Source: Patescibacteria group bacterium (GTDB taxonomy: Bacteria; Patescibacteriota; Patescibacteriia; Magasanikbacterales; UBA922). Taken from it: a stretch of DNA of 64,000 nt. The stretch covers positions 26,188 to 90,187 of the forward strand of contig JBAZIZ010000005.1 of the NCBI GenBank assembly GCA_041651535.1, read 5' to 3'. The stretch's first letter is position 1. Every line of letters starts with the position of its first letter. Below are positions 50,782-60,825 of this stretch, in pieces. The notes under the pieces are model-generated. The model was not told the DNA's origin and made no database searches. It saw nothing but the letters and a program-made list of their open reading frames with translations. The translations under genes and the position numbers were made by a program.

Positions 50782-53463
50782 ATGAAAAAAGAAGAGGCAA
50801 AAATACAGATAACAAAACTCATTGAAAAGTATCAACGAGTTGTTGAGGCTGGGAAATTAAAAGATTACAACGAGGCCCAAACAAGAAATGAATTCATTGA
50901 GCCTTTTTTTGAATTCCTTGGATGGGACATGAGAAATTTAACTAATGACAATGAGGTTACCACCGAAGAAAATGTATCTGGAGGTAGAGTCGACTTAGCT
51001 TTTAGACTTAATAATATACCAACATTTTTCTTGGAAGCAAAAGCGATGAAGGTTGATTTGGATGAGTGGAAATGGGCAGAACAAGCTATAAATTACAGTT
51101 GGAACAAGAATGTAACTTGGGCGGTTTTAACTGACTTTGAAAGTATAAAAATTTTTAATGCTGAGATGCCACCAAAAAGCATTTCTCAGAATCTTTTTAT
51201 AGAAATAAAATGCCAAGATTATATTAATCGTTTTGATCAAATTTGGCTTTTATCAAAAGAGAGTTTTGAACAGAAACTCTTAGATAGAGAAGCTCAAAAA
51301 TGGGGTAAGCTTACGCAAAGAAAACAGGTTGGAGAAAAACTTTTTGAAGATTTAATGACTTGGCGCATTTTATTGACTAACGATTTCAAAAAACAGAATA
51401 ATTTATCAGGTGAAGAATTGGATGAAGGAGTACAAAGAATTCTTGATCGTCTCATTTTTATACGAACAGCCGAAGATAGAAAAATTGAACCTAATATACT
51501 CATTGGCATTCCTCGAGGTGGAAGATCAGAGCAGTATAAACAATTAATAAAAGTATTTCGTGATTTTGATGATGGTTTTAACTCTAAACTTTTTGCTCCG
51601 CATTATTGTGAGGAATGGAAAATAAGCGACAAGGTGGTTAGTGAAGTTATTAACGGACTTTATGAAACTAAAGATGGTTATCGATATGATTTTTCTGTAA
51701 TTTCCGCAGATGTATTAGGGGGAATTTATGAACAATATTTAAGTTTTGTTCAGGTTCGTAAAGGCGAAGACAAAACAAAATCAAAGAGAAAATCTCAAGG
51801 GATTTATTATACGCCGAAACATGTTGTGGAGTTTATTATAAAGGAAACTTTAGGGGAAGTTTTAAAGAAAACTAAACCAAAAGATTTTTCAAAAATTAGA
51901 ATTTTAGATCCTGCTTGCGGGTCAGGCTCATTTTTAGGAGCTGCATATGATAAGATTTTGGATACACTAACAAAACAAAGTCCGCAAACTTCACTTTTTG
52001 CTAAATTTAACATCTTAAAAGACAATATTTTTGGAGTTGATCTTGATGTTCAGGCTGTTGAAATAGCTCAACTTAATTTATTGTTAAAAGTGTTATCGCA
52101 AAAAACCAAGCTACCAACATTGCAACATAATTTAGCTTCTGGTAATTCACTTGTTTCTGGAGAAAATGAAAAAATCGAACAATATTTTGGTTTAAATTAT
52201 CGAGAACAAAAACCATTTAACTTTGAGCTGGAATTTAATAACGTTTTTGGTCAAGGTGGCTTTGATGTCGTAATAGGAAATCCGCCATATGTAAGAAATC
52301 GTGAATTGCCTGGTAATCTAAAATCTTTTTACGATAATAACTTCGTTACCGCATCTGGCCAATATGATATTTATCAGTTATTTTTTGAAAAGGCTATAAC
52401 GCTACTTAAAGAAAATGGGTATCTTGGTTTTATTACCTCGAATAAATATGCAATTGCTAATTATGGCGAGAAACTTCGGGAATATATTTTAAAGAATTGT
52501 GAAATTATAAAAATTATTGATGTATCCAATGTTGATGTATTTAAGGATGCTGCAACATATCCCTATATAATAATTCTTCAGAAAAAGAAAAAAATAAACA
52601 AAAAACATAAAATAAAAATAAAGAAGGTCGCAGATCTATCGGAATTATCAGACGGAAAATATGAAGAAATTGAACAGGTTGCGTTTGAAAATAATAAAGG
52701 GAAAACGTTTACTTTAAAAACTTTTCCGACTTTTTTTGATAAAATTGAAAAAGTATCAACAAAACTTGGTGAAATTGCAACGATTAAAGAAACTATACAC
52801 ACTGGAAATGTTAGAAACAAATTAATTGTAGATGAAAAAATTGATAATAACTGTAAGAAGTTGCTGGCTGGCAAAGATTGTCATAGATATAGTTTTGAGT
52901 GGCGAGGAAAATATATTCGTTATGATAAAACTTTAATAGATAAAACCAAGGGAGAATACGGCAACCTTTGTGATTCGAAATATTTTGATAATCCAAAGAT
53001 TCTTTTAAGAGAAATTGCTAACAAAATAGAGTGTTGTTTTGATGAAAATAAATATTATACGCTTAATAAAGTTTATGCAGTGTTGTTAAATGAAAATAAT
53101 TATTCATATCTATACTTATTGGCGCTATTAAACTCAAAATTGCTAACATATTATTTTAGAGAAAAGTTCGAAGAGACTCATGTTAGGGGTGGATATTTGC
53201 AATTTAAAAAAGTTTATACATCTCAAATTCCGATAGCCATAATCAATTTCAAAAATAAAGAAGAAAATAATATCTACAACAAACTTGTCAAGTTGTCGGA
53301 GCAGATGGTAAATCTTCATAAGGAGTTGCAATCTGTGGCTGTTAATACCGACAAATATAACTACTTGAAAGTCGAAATAGAAAAAGTTGATAAAGAAATA
53401 GATGAAGTAGTCTATAAGATTTATGGAATTACTGACGACGAGAAACGTGTAATTGAAAAATAA
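50782..53463 (+). CDS. Type IIG-like fused restriction endonuclease / N6-adenine methyltransferase
   Basis: N-terminal VD..LEAK nuclease motif, GIYYTP, LDPACGSGSF, GNPPY, TaqI-like C-terminal TRD. Confidence 0.9.
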   Translation: MKKEEAKIQITKLIEKYQRVVEAGKLKDYNEAQTRNEFIEPFFEFLGWDMRNLTNDNEVTTEENVSGGRVDLAFRLNNIPTFFLEAKAMKVDLDEWKWAEQAINYSWNKNVTWAVLTDFESIKIFNAEMPPKSISQNLFIEIKCQDYINRFDQIWLLSKESFEQKLLDREAQKWGKLTQRKQVGEKLFEDLMTWRILLTNDFKKQNNLSGEELDEGVQRILDRLIFIRTAEDRKIEPNILIGIPRGGRSEQYKQLIKVFRDFDDGFNSKLFAPHYCEEWKISDKVVSEVINGLYETKDGYRYDFSVISADVLGGIYEQYLSFVQVRKGEDKTKSKRKSQGIYYTPKHVVEFIIKETLGEVLKKTKPKDFSKIRILDPACGSGSFLGAAYDKILDTLTKQSPQTSLFAKFNILKDNIFGVDLDVQAVEIAQLNLLLKVLSQKTKLPTLQHNLASGNSLVSGENEKIEQYFGLNYREQKPFNFELEFNNVFGQGGFDVVIGNPPYVRNRELPGNLKSFYDNNFVTASGQYDIYQLFFEKAITLLKENGYLGFITSNKYAIANYGEKLREYILKNCEIIKIIDVSNVDVFKDAATYPYIIILQKKKKINKKHKIKIKKVADLSELSDGKYEEIEQVAFENNKGKTFTLKTFPTFFDKIEKVSTKLGEIATIKETIHTGNVRNKLIVDEKIDNNCKKLLAGKDCHRYSFEWRGKYIRYDKTLIDKTKGEYGNLCDSKYFDNPKILLREIANKIECCFDENKYYTLNKVYAVLLNENNYSYLYLLALLNSKLLTYYFREKFEETHVRGGYLQFKKVYTSQIPIAIINFKNKEENNIYNKLVKLSEQMVNLHKELQSVAVNTDKYNYLKVEIEKVDKEIDEVVYKIYGITDDEKRVIEK

Positions 53464-54350
53464 TGAACATTTTATCTCTTATTGCTAGTGAGTTGAATGG
53501 TAGAGAAATGGCTGTTTTGGTTTGGCTTTTGCTTTTTATTTGTTATGGCGTTTTTCAAAAAAATTTTCGTAGTTCATTTTTAGCTGTTTTAAAATCGTTT
53601 TTTCAAATTAAAATAATTGCCGTTTTCGTAGCAATGTTGTTTTATGTTTCCTTAATTCTGTGGGGCTTATATATTATTAAAATCTGGGATTTATATTTAG
53701 TAAAAGATACTATATTTTGGCTATTTGGTTCAGCCTTTATTCTTCTTTTAAATAGCAATAAAGCTATTCAGAATGATAACCATTTCAAAAATGTTTTAAA
53801 AGACAACATTAGATTAGTGATCTTTCTTGAATTTATTCTCACATTTTACTCCTTTGGTTTTTTAGTTGAAATGATCTTTGTTCCAATAATGTTTATTATT
53901 GTGTCTATGGGTATTTTAGCAGATATTAAAACAGAATATTCACAAATTAAAAAAATTATTGGTTCATTCTTGTCTATAATTACTATACTCCTTATTGTAT
54001 TTTTTGTTTACAAAGTAATTGATGATTATCAAAGCTTCTTATCATTAAATAATTTACGTTCATTTTTCATCCCGTTAATTCTTTCCTTTCTGTTTATGCC
54101 ATTTTTATATTTGTTTGCTGTAGTTATGGCTTATGATGATTTTTTTAGTCGATTAAAATTATTTTTAAGGAGTGACCAGATAATATACCAATATACAAAA
54201 AAACAAGTTATTAGATTATGCTTTTTTAATTTAAGCAAGCTTAATAAATTTTCTAGAAAAAATTCATCGGAGTTACAAAAAATCAAAAATAAGAGTGATG
54301 TAGAAAATATGATTTATCAATTTAAGATCGAATATTCGGATAGAATATAA
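53463..54350 (+). CDS. Hypothetical multi-TM membrane protein coupled to the R-M gene
   Basis: TAATG stop/start overlap; about 6-7 hydrophobic helices. Confidence 0.75.
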   Translation: MNILSLIASELNGREMAVLVWLLLFICYGVFQKNFRSSFLAVLKSFFQIKIIAVFVAMLFYVSLILWGLYIIKIWDLYLVKDTIFWLFGSAFILLLNSNKAIQNDNHFKNVLKDNIRLVIFLEFILTFYSFGFLVEMIFVPIMFIIVSMGILADIKTEYSQIKKIIGSFLSIITILLIVFFVYKVIDDYQSFLSLNNLRSFFIPLILSFLFMPFLYLFAVVMAYDDFFSRLKLFLRSDQIIYQYTKKQVIRLCFFNLSKLNKFSRKNSSELQKIKNKSDVENMIYQFKIEYSDRI

Positions 54351-54372
54351 GATATTGTATAGCATTTAATTT

Positions 54373-55710
54373 TTATTCTTCTAACAGTGTCAACCTCTTT
54401 TCTTTTAGTACAATCCTACTTCTTAAATTAGCCAGCAGTTCTCGTTTCTCAATAGCACTGCCTTCCTTGAGGACATATTTGGCGTAGTCTTTCATATCCA
54501 CATCTTGTCTTTTGGATTTAATCGGCTTCTCGCCGAAGACTATGCCTTGAAATTTATTAAACCTCTCAACTTCCAGCTCTAACTTATTAAGCATACCCAG
54601 TTCGTTAATACTGACCCTATCTATTATCCTCAGCAGTTCAGCAATCAATTCTTCTTCTCTTATGTATTTATTTTTGCAGAATCTGTCTTTGCCCCGTGAG
54701 CATCCATAATAAATATAATGAGCAGTTGTACCGTCTTTTAGTTGTTTGTATTTGCTTTCCGCTGATATACCTGATCCGCAGAGTCCGCAAGTTATTAATT
54801 TAGTGAAGGCAAACTCTTTGCTTTCTCTTTGAATATTATCTCTCTTTAACTGCGCCTTAGCTTTCTCGAATAGTTCTTGAGTAATAATTGGCTTATGCTT
54901 TCCTTGATACCAATTACCACTGCCAGTCGGTCGTTCAAAGACGCCGTAGTAGAAAGTGTTATCTAACACTCTGTATATTCCGCTTAGAGTTAGAGGCTTA
55001 TTACCTCTGGTATAGAAGTTTAATTCATGGGTTAGCCAGTGATATAATCTTCGTCCGCTGTATTTTTCATAAGCAACTTTTTCAAACATCTGTTTAATAA
55101 CAGGCGCTCGTTTAGGATCAATAATCACTTGGCATTTTTTGTCATTGCGGTTTTGGTTTAAGTATCCCAGAGGTGCTACTCCAACCCATAACCCCATTTC
55201 CGCTCTAGTCCTTAATCCTCGTCTAACATTAACGCCCCTGTTGTCGTTTTCTAACTTAGCTTGCGATCCTAGAATCATCAGTAAGAATTTTTCATTAGGG
55301 TTATTAGAAAACTTCTGGCCGTAGGTTCTAATTTCTTTTAACACCCCTTGATCCATTAAATCGACAATAGCGCCAAGGTCGCCAGCGTTTCTACTGATAC
55401 GATCAGGCGCCCAAGTAAGGATGGCATTGAATTTGCCTTGCCTGATGTCGCCGATCAGCTCATTAAAAACCTGGCGTTGACCAGTCTCTTTGGCGCTATG
55501 GGATTCACGCTTAATTTCGACCACATTCAAGTTTTCTTTGACCGCCAAATCCAACATCTCTTTGACTTGGCTGTCTATTGAAAGAACTTGCCGTTCTTCC
55601 GATTCCGTCGACTTTCTGGCATAGAGGCAGTATTTCGGCGGTTCCTCGGGCTTTTGATTTGTTGTTGGAGCTTGTAGCCCGCCCAGCCCCGGGTAATTTA
55701 CGTTTATCAT
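54373..55710 (-). CDS. Large serine recombinase (resolvase + recombinase + Zn ribbon)
   Basis: YARKSTE catalytic Ser, DRISRN, APLGY, CGLCG..YYGC..C. Confidence 0.93.
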   Translation of the reverse strand: MINVNYPGLGGLQAPTTNQKPEEPPKYCLYARKSTESEERQVLSIDSQVKEMLDLAVKENLNVVEIKRESHSAKETGQRQVFNELIGDIRQGKFNAILTWAPDRISRNAGDLGAIVDLMDQGVLKEIRTYGQKFSNNPNEKFLLMILGSQAKLENDNRGVNVRRGLRTRAEMGLWVGVAPLGYLNQNRNDKKCQVIIDPKRAPVIKQMFEKVAYEKYSGRRLYHWLTHELNFYTRGNKPLTLSGIYRVLDNTFYYGVFERPTGSGNWYQGKHKPIITQELFEKAKAQLKRDNIQRESKEFAFTKLITCGLCGSGISAESKYKQLKDGTTAHYIYYGCSRGKDRFCKNKYIREEELIAELLRIIDRVSINELGMLNKLELEVERFNKFQGIVFGEKPIKSKRQDVDMKDYAKYVLKEGSAIEKRELLANLRSRIVLKEKRLTLLEE

Positions 55711-55795
55711 ATACTACAATGAATGACGCAAAGAACCCAGGGCGTCTAGACCACTAGCTGTTGGTAACTAAAGCCCTTAAAAGTCTTAAGATTCC

Positions 55796-57298
55796 TTATA
55801 TATAATCCCAATCATATTTATTACCTTGCTGTCCAGTAATTCTAATCGCTCGTCCTTCATTAGGATCTCTACCTATCCTTGCTTCACCGCTTAAGTCATC
55901 AATTACTCCTAATATGGCATAAACAAAGGCATCAGCTAAATCATCATGTTTCTCGGCACCCATGGCTACTATTTGCCTGATTAAAATATCGCTACCTTCT
56001 TTAGGGAAGAGTATAGTGCCATTTTTGATCAAATGAGTAATTGATCTAAGTCTAGCAATCTTACTTAAACCGCCAGGCTTCATTTCCTTTACTGGGATGT
56101 TTTTGCTTTTTAAGTGTTGGGACAAGGCTGTTTGATAATTAACACTCTCAATACATAGTTTAGTCGGACTTGATGATAAAGCATTTGATCTTATCATACA
56201 AGCTTCAACTTGTGCTGGAAAATCTAGCCTTTCGTTTAACATGTCTGGCAACACATATATTCTTCTTGATTCTCCGTACCCATAAACCTTTACAGATACA
56301 AACGCCGTAAAATCGCCTTCTTCAGAAATCGCTAAATCTACTCCAGTCAATATCCTTTTGCAATCTTCGTATCCAGGAATTGAATCATAATAATGTATCC
56401 AGTCTGGTTTAACTACCCAGTCTTCGCCTGGAATTATTTTTAACATAAACTCTCTTTGATAAGCCGCCTCATTGGCGGTTTTCTGGTGTTCTAGTTCTAT
56501 ATCGTCCATACTTCGATATTTACCAGGCCAAATGATTTCTTCATTTTCACCAAGAAGAGGATATTGTTTATATATACCATTCATTTTATTATTTTCAATC
56601 ATTTTTCTAATGCGCATCAGGAGAGAATCTTCATGTAGCAAGTTGCCGACAAATATGAATTGAGCGCCTTTGTCTCCGATAGACATTACTTCGCTCATTA
56701 CCCAGTTAAATGTTTTGTCTCGCATCTCTTGAGTTTTAACTGAATGCAAATCTTCTACATCATCTAGAATTACTAAGTCGGGACGATGAGAACCGTGTTT
56801 CATTCCTCTAATGCTTTGGTCAATCGAGGCGGCAGTGATCCTGGCGTTATATTTAGGAATAACCAAAGAAAAGGAGCGCCATTCGTCACTTTCTTCCTGA
56901 AATGGTCCAAGGTCATTTCTCAATAGCTCATTTCGCTCAAGTTCTTCCTTTATGTTTTTTAGGTGTTGTTTGGCCTGGGGCATTGTTTGTGCGAGTATCA
57001 AGATGAACTTTCTTTGTTTTTTGCCAAGTATCGACCAAATAGGCATTGATGTCGTCATGATCGTACTTTTACCACTACCTCTAAAAGCAACAAATACAGC
57101 CGTTGTCCAATTGTCACGTTCTGTAATATCAAACATTTCATAATGGAAAGGAGCAACCTCATAAGTTACGTGTTGAGCTAAGTAAATAAGAAAAAACCAA
57201 AGATGACTATTTTTAGTTACCTCACGTCGGACAACCCGACGTTTAATAATTTCTGGCGTAATACCTAAAATACTGTTTGTCTTATTTAAAGTGTTCAT
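55796..57298 (-). CDS. Phage terminase large subunit-like protein
   Basis: Walker A FRGSGKST, Walker B VILDDVED, nuclease GVDLA..GDFTA..HDDLADA. Confidence 0.85.
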   Translation of the reverse strand: MNTLNKTNSILGITPEIIKRRVVRREVTKNSHLWFFLIYLAQHVTYEVAPFHYEMFDITERDNWTTAVFVAFRGSGKSTIMTTSMPIWSILGKKQRKFILILAQTMPQAKQHLKNIKEELERNELLRNDLGPFQEESDEWRSFSLVIPKYNARITAASIDQSIRGMKHGSHRPDLVILDDVEDLHSVKTQEMRDKTFNWVMSEVMSIGDKGAQFIFVGNLLHEDSLLMRIRKMIENNKMNGIYKQYPLLGENEEIIWPGKYRSMDDIELEHQKTANEAAYQREFMLKIIPGEDWVVKPDWIHYYDSIPGYEDCKRILTGVDLAISEEGDFTAFVSVKVYGYGESRRIYVLPDMLNERLDFPAQVEACMIRSNALSSSPTKLCIESVNYQTALSQHLKSKNIPVKEMKPGGLSKIARLRSITHLIKNGTILFPKEGSDILIRQIVAMGAEKHDDLADAFVYAILGVIDDLSGEARIGRDPNEGRAIRITGQQGNKYDWDYI

Positions 57299-57690
57299 AC
57301 GTTTTCTTTTGGATTGTTTTTAAAGGAAGCCAGCTCAAGAGCTTTTTTAACGAGTTCTTCTTGTTCTGGAGTCAGTTGATCACTGACACTTAGATTGCCA
57401 CTCAGCTCTATCTTATTGGCATAAGCCTTATGATGGTGCTTGAGCCAAAACATTACCGCTGTAATGTTTCTTTCTTTAATAGCTTGGAGTAGTTGACTTT
57501 CGGCAATATCAGTGATTAATCCGCTTCCTTCAGTGACTGCCTCGTCGACTTCGAGAGCAAAGACTGGATCTTCCTTCTTCCAGCGGTACAGCGAGGCTCG
57601 GGATATTCCCGAGCGCTCGCAGGCCAGCTGAATGATTGGAGTTTTACGCAATATCTCCAAAAAGCGCTTTCTGGCTTCTTTGCTAATCAT
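57295..57690 (-). CDS. Terminase small subunit-like HTH protein
   Basis: ACERSGISRASLYRW HTH, DIAESQL..AVMFWLK; overlaps the TerL start by 4 bp. Confidence 0.75.
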   Translation of the reverse strand: MISKEARKRFLEILRKTPIIQLACERSGISRASLYRWKKEDPVFALEVDEAVTEGSGLITDIAESQLLQAIKERNITAVMFWLKHHHKAYANKIELSGNLSVSDQLTPEQEELVKKALELASFKNNPKENV

Positions 57691-57697
57691 ATAAGTC

Positions 57698-59026
57698 CTA
57701 ATTAATTTTTTTAGCTTTAAGCCCAGTTAACTTTTCCCAACGCTTGCGGATTACTTCGGCATAGACAGGAGATTTTTCCATAATAAAACAGCGCCTGCCA
57801 AGTTTAGTTGAGGCGATAAGAGTCGATCCACTACCACCGAACGGCTCAACAACGATATCATTTCTTTTGGTTAAGACTTTGATATATGGAATAAGGATCT
57901 CAATTGGCTTAGTGCCAAAGATAATTCCTTGGCCTGATGATTTCTCATCAGAAGCATTAAACTCAATGAAGTCGGTTGGACAATATTTTTTGCCCTTCTC
58001 ATATGATTCCCAATTAGGCCTACCAGAAGTAGCATAAAGAGCCGCCATAAATTCATTCTGCAGTAGTTCATCGTCTTCTGGCTCATCATTCATCTTGAAA
58101 TCAGGCGTTGATCCTAGCATGGCAAAATCATACTTGTTAAAAAACTTATATTTAGAAGCAAACCCTTGGACTCGGTTAGGTAAATGCCAAATAATGAGAT
58201 TCCGTATCTTCCAGCGCTTAGCTACTTCTGCCCACATGATCGGCAGATTTTTCCAACATTCATATGACAGGATGGAAAAATCTTCTTTAGCAACTTCTTG
58301 GATATTATCCATCCATAGCTCAACAAAGTTATCGGGTAAACTATCAGTTTCTAAGTATTTACGATCACGCTTCAAACCGAAGCCTTCTGTCGGTTGCCCG
58401 TTTTTCTTCTTGCCATGCAAGTAATCCAAAATATATGGTTCATCGGTACAGCACATATCCGCCTTTTCTCCATCCATGAGCTTGAGCACGTCGACTTCAA
58501 TAGTACTATCACCGCACATTAGTCTTGATCCGTTTAGGTCATAGACATCGCCTTTCTGAATCTCAATATTTTTAATATCCAGCTTTTCCAATTCTTTCTT
58601 CAGGTCGAATACTTCAGGAACATCTTCGATATCAAAAATGTCATCCAACTCCTCGGAAGAGAAGCCGACATCTTTAAGGAAGTTTTCATCAAATTTAGCT
58701 AGCAGTTCAAAATCAAAATCACCAGTATTTTTGTTCAGACGGATATTGAGTTCTTTTTCTTTCTCAATATCGGAAATATGAACATAGACGACTGGTACTT
58801 CTTGATAGTTTAGTTCTTTAAGAACTTCCAAGCGGAAGTGTCCACCTATGAGAATATTTTTTCGTTCATCGGCACTATTGGCGATGAGCGGATCTACACA
58901 ACCATATTTCTTAATGGATTCTTTGAGCTGATCCATTTGTTCTTGGCTGTGCTTGCGAGGATTGTATTCGCTCGCTTTCAAGTCCATGATCGGGACTTGG
59001 ACGATTTGCAACGTGTTGCTTGTCAT
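57698..59026 (-). CDS. ParB-N domain fused to an N6/N4 DNA methyltransferase
   Basis: YNPRK..IGGHFR ParB; LMCGDST, TDEPY (motif IV variant), EPFGGSGSTL. Confidence 0.88.
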   Translation of the reverse strand: MTSNTLQIVQVPIMDLKASEYNPRKHSQEQMDQLKESIKKYGCVDPLIANSADERKNILIGGHFRLEVLKELNYQEVPVVYVHISDIEKEKELNIRLNKNTGDFDFELLAKFDENFLKDVGFSSEELDDIFDIEDVPEVFDLKKELEKLDIKNIEIQKGDVYDLNGSRLMCGDSTIEVDVLKLMDGEKADMCCTDEPYILDYLHGKKKNGQPTEGFGLKRDRKYLETDSLPDNFVELWMDNIQEVAKEDFSILSYECWKNLPIMWAEVAKRWKIRNLIIWHLPNRVQGFASKYKFFNKYDFAMLGSTPDFKMNDEPEDDELLQNEFMAALYATSGRPNWESYEKGKKYCPTDFIEFNASDEKSSGQGIIFGTKPIEILIPYIKVLTKRNDIVVEPFGGSGSTLIASTKLGRRCFIMEKSPVYAEVIRKRWEKLTGLKAKKIN

Positions 59027-59061
59027 ACATTTTAAAGTTAGTTAATTAGCTTGGCGTTAAT

Positions 59062-59264
59062 AAAAAAGACGCCCGTCTTATCGACTGCGTCTTATACATA
59101 AAAACGTATAGACAAGTTGTTGGTAAAAAATAACCAATAACTTTCAGTCAAAAAGACTAAAACGGACAATAGTGTTTGTCCTGACAGTGGTTATTTTTTT
59201 ATTAGCATTTCGCTAATTGCCAACTTTCAAGAACTATTTTAGCACTTACTGAAATAGCGGTCAA
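59062..59264 (-). promoter_or_regulatory. Promoter and structured leader ending in a terminator-like hairpin for the ParB-MTase operon
   Basis: Minus strand TTGACC-17-TAAAAT (59264-59236); stems 59125-36/59188-99 and 59164-69/59176-81; AAGACGC/GCGTCTT plus U-tract. Confidence 0.55.
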
Positions 59265-59418
59265 ATCTTGGAAGTCGATTTTTTGGCTAAAGTAAGGGGT
59301 AATTTGTCAAGACGGTAAATGATTTTGCTCATTTTTTCTTTATATTTTAGCCATTTTCTATCTTTACATTATGTAAAAAATAGTGTAAAGTAGTGTTAAG
59401 TTAAGATTATTATATTTT

Positions 59419-59610
59419 ATGACCAAAAATAGCAAAGATGAGATAATAACTTTAAGCCAGGCTTGTGAATTATTACACTGCCACCCCAACACTCTGCGCA
59501 AGTGGGATAACAAGGGATTTTTAAAAGCGATAAGGTTCGGCGTGCGTGGTGATAGAAGATATCACAGGGTTGATATCGAAAAATTAATTTTGGAAATGAA
59601 GAATAAATAA
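59419..59610 (+). CDS. Excisionase/MerR-like HTH protein
   Basis: LSQACELLHCHPNTLRKWD..GDRRY. Confidence 0.88.
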   Translation: MTKNSKDEIITLSQACELLHCHPNTLRKWDNKGFLKAIRFGVRGDRRYHRVDIEKLILEMKNK

Positions 59611-59654
59611 ATGCAATGTTAAAATAATAAGAATGTAGACAGTTAAGTTTTAAT

Positions 59655-60824
59655 ATGCCTCAGATAACAAAAAAACAACTAAGAGAAAAAGTGGTTACTG
59701 TTTTAAAAAAACAGGGATATAAAGTTGGCGACCACGGTTTTTCGTTAAAAGATAATACGAGAGAAACAAAAAGAGATGTTCATTCTTTAGCCAAGAAAGA
59801 AAGAATAATTAAAAGCGAAAAGTTTATTTTGAATAATATTGATTTTATAAGCGCTAATATGGTTAGTGGCGCTGATTTAGACATAGAAAAAATAGAGCCA
59901 AAAATTATTGAAGTTAAAGAAGGTTCAAAATACGAAAAATTATTTCGATGGTGGAATTTGGTTTGGTGGAGCTTGCCCTATGAACACGCCTATGGTCGAC
60001 AGATGAGATTTGTTGTTTGGGACAAATATCATAAAGCGCCAATAGGGTTGATTGGTTTGCAGAGTCCGATTTTAAGTTGGAGCGTAAGAGATGAACATCT
60101 TGGTATAAATAAACAAGATAGGGATTATTGGGTCAATCAGTCTATGAGTGCACAAAGATTGGGAGCTTTACCACCTTATAACTATATTCTCGGCGGTAAA
60201 TTAGTGGCATCGTTAATGACAACGGATATCATTAGAAAGAAATTTGAGAAAAAGTATTCTGGCAAGAAAACTATTTTAAAAAATAGAAAATTACCATCAA
60301 AATTGCTTTTTATAACAACCACAGGAGCATATGGTAAAAGCAGTGTTTATAATAGATTAAAATATAATGGTGATGTTATTTCTAAATTTATTGGTTACAC
60401 TAAAGGTAGTGGCTCCTTTCATATCCCAAATACATTATTTGAAGACTTTATTAAATATTTGAAAAAAAGAAATTACGATGTTAAAAGAGGTTATGGTAGT
60501 GGCCCTTCAAGAAAAATGAGACTTATAAATCAAGCTATGGATTGTTTAGGAATATCAAATGGATCTAATCATGGAATACAGAGAGCTGTTTATTTGTTTC
60601 CGATGGCTAAAAATTTAGAAGATGTGATTCAAAAAGGTAAAAAACCAGCTTGGGTAAACAGGTCAATTAATGAAATAACTGAATACTGGAAAGAACGATG
60701 GATAATGCCAAGAATATCACAAAGAGAAAATTATAAAGATTTTTCCGCTAAACGTTTCATCGATGAAACTCGATTAGAAGTAGAATCTTTCTGTAAAAAT
60801 AAGGGGAAAATAAAGAAAAAATAA
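59655..60824 (+). CDS. DruA-like (DUF4338) protein
   Basis: YGRQMRFVVWD..IGLIGL.SP....VRDE.LG, GALPPYNYILGGKLVA, TTTGAYG.SSVYNRL, GYTKGSGSFH. Confidence 0.75.
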   Translation: MPQITKKQLREKVVTVLKKQGYKVGDHGFSLKDNTRETKRDVHSLAKKERIIKSEKFILNNIDFISANMVSGADLDIEKIEPKIIEVKEGSKYEKLFRWWNLVWWSLPYEHAYGRQMRFVVWDKYHKAPIGLIGLQSPILSWSVRDEHLGINKQDRDYWVNQSMSAQRLGALPPYNYILGGKLVASLMTTDIIRKKFEKKYSGKKTILKNRKLPSKLLFITTTGAYGKSSVYNRLKYNGDVISKFIGYTKGSGSFHIPNTLFEDFIKYLKKRNYDVKRGYGSGPSRKMRLINQAMDCLGISNGSNHGIQRAVYLFPMAKNLEDVIQKGKKPAWVNRSINEITEYWKERWIMPRISQRENYKDFSAKRFIDETRLEVESFCKNKGKIKKK

Positions 60825-60825
60825 T

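Noticed and set aside
59225-59235. boxA-like AGTTCTTGAAA on the minus strand
   Set aside because: Abuts the -10 element, so it would straddle +1 and not be fully transcribed
54373-59610. Complete prophage
   Set aside because: No portal, capsid, tail, lysis or replication genes in the window
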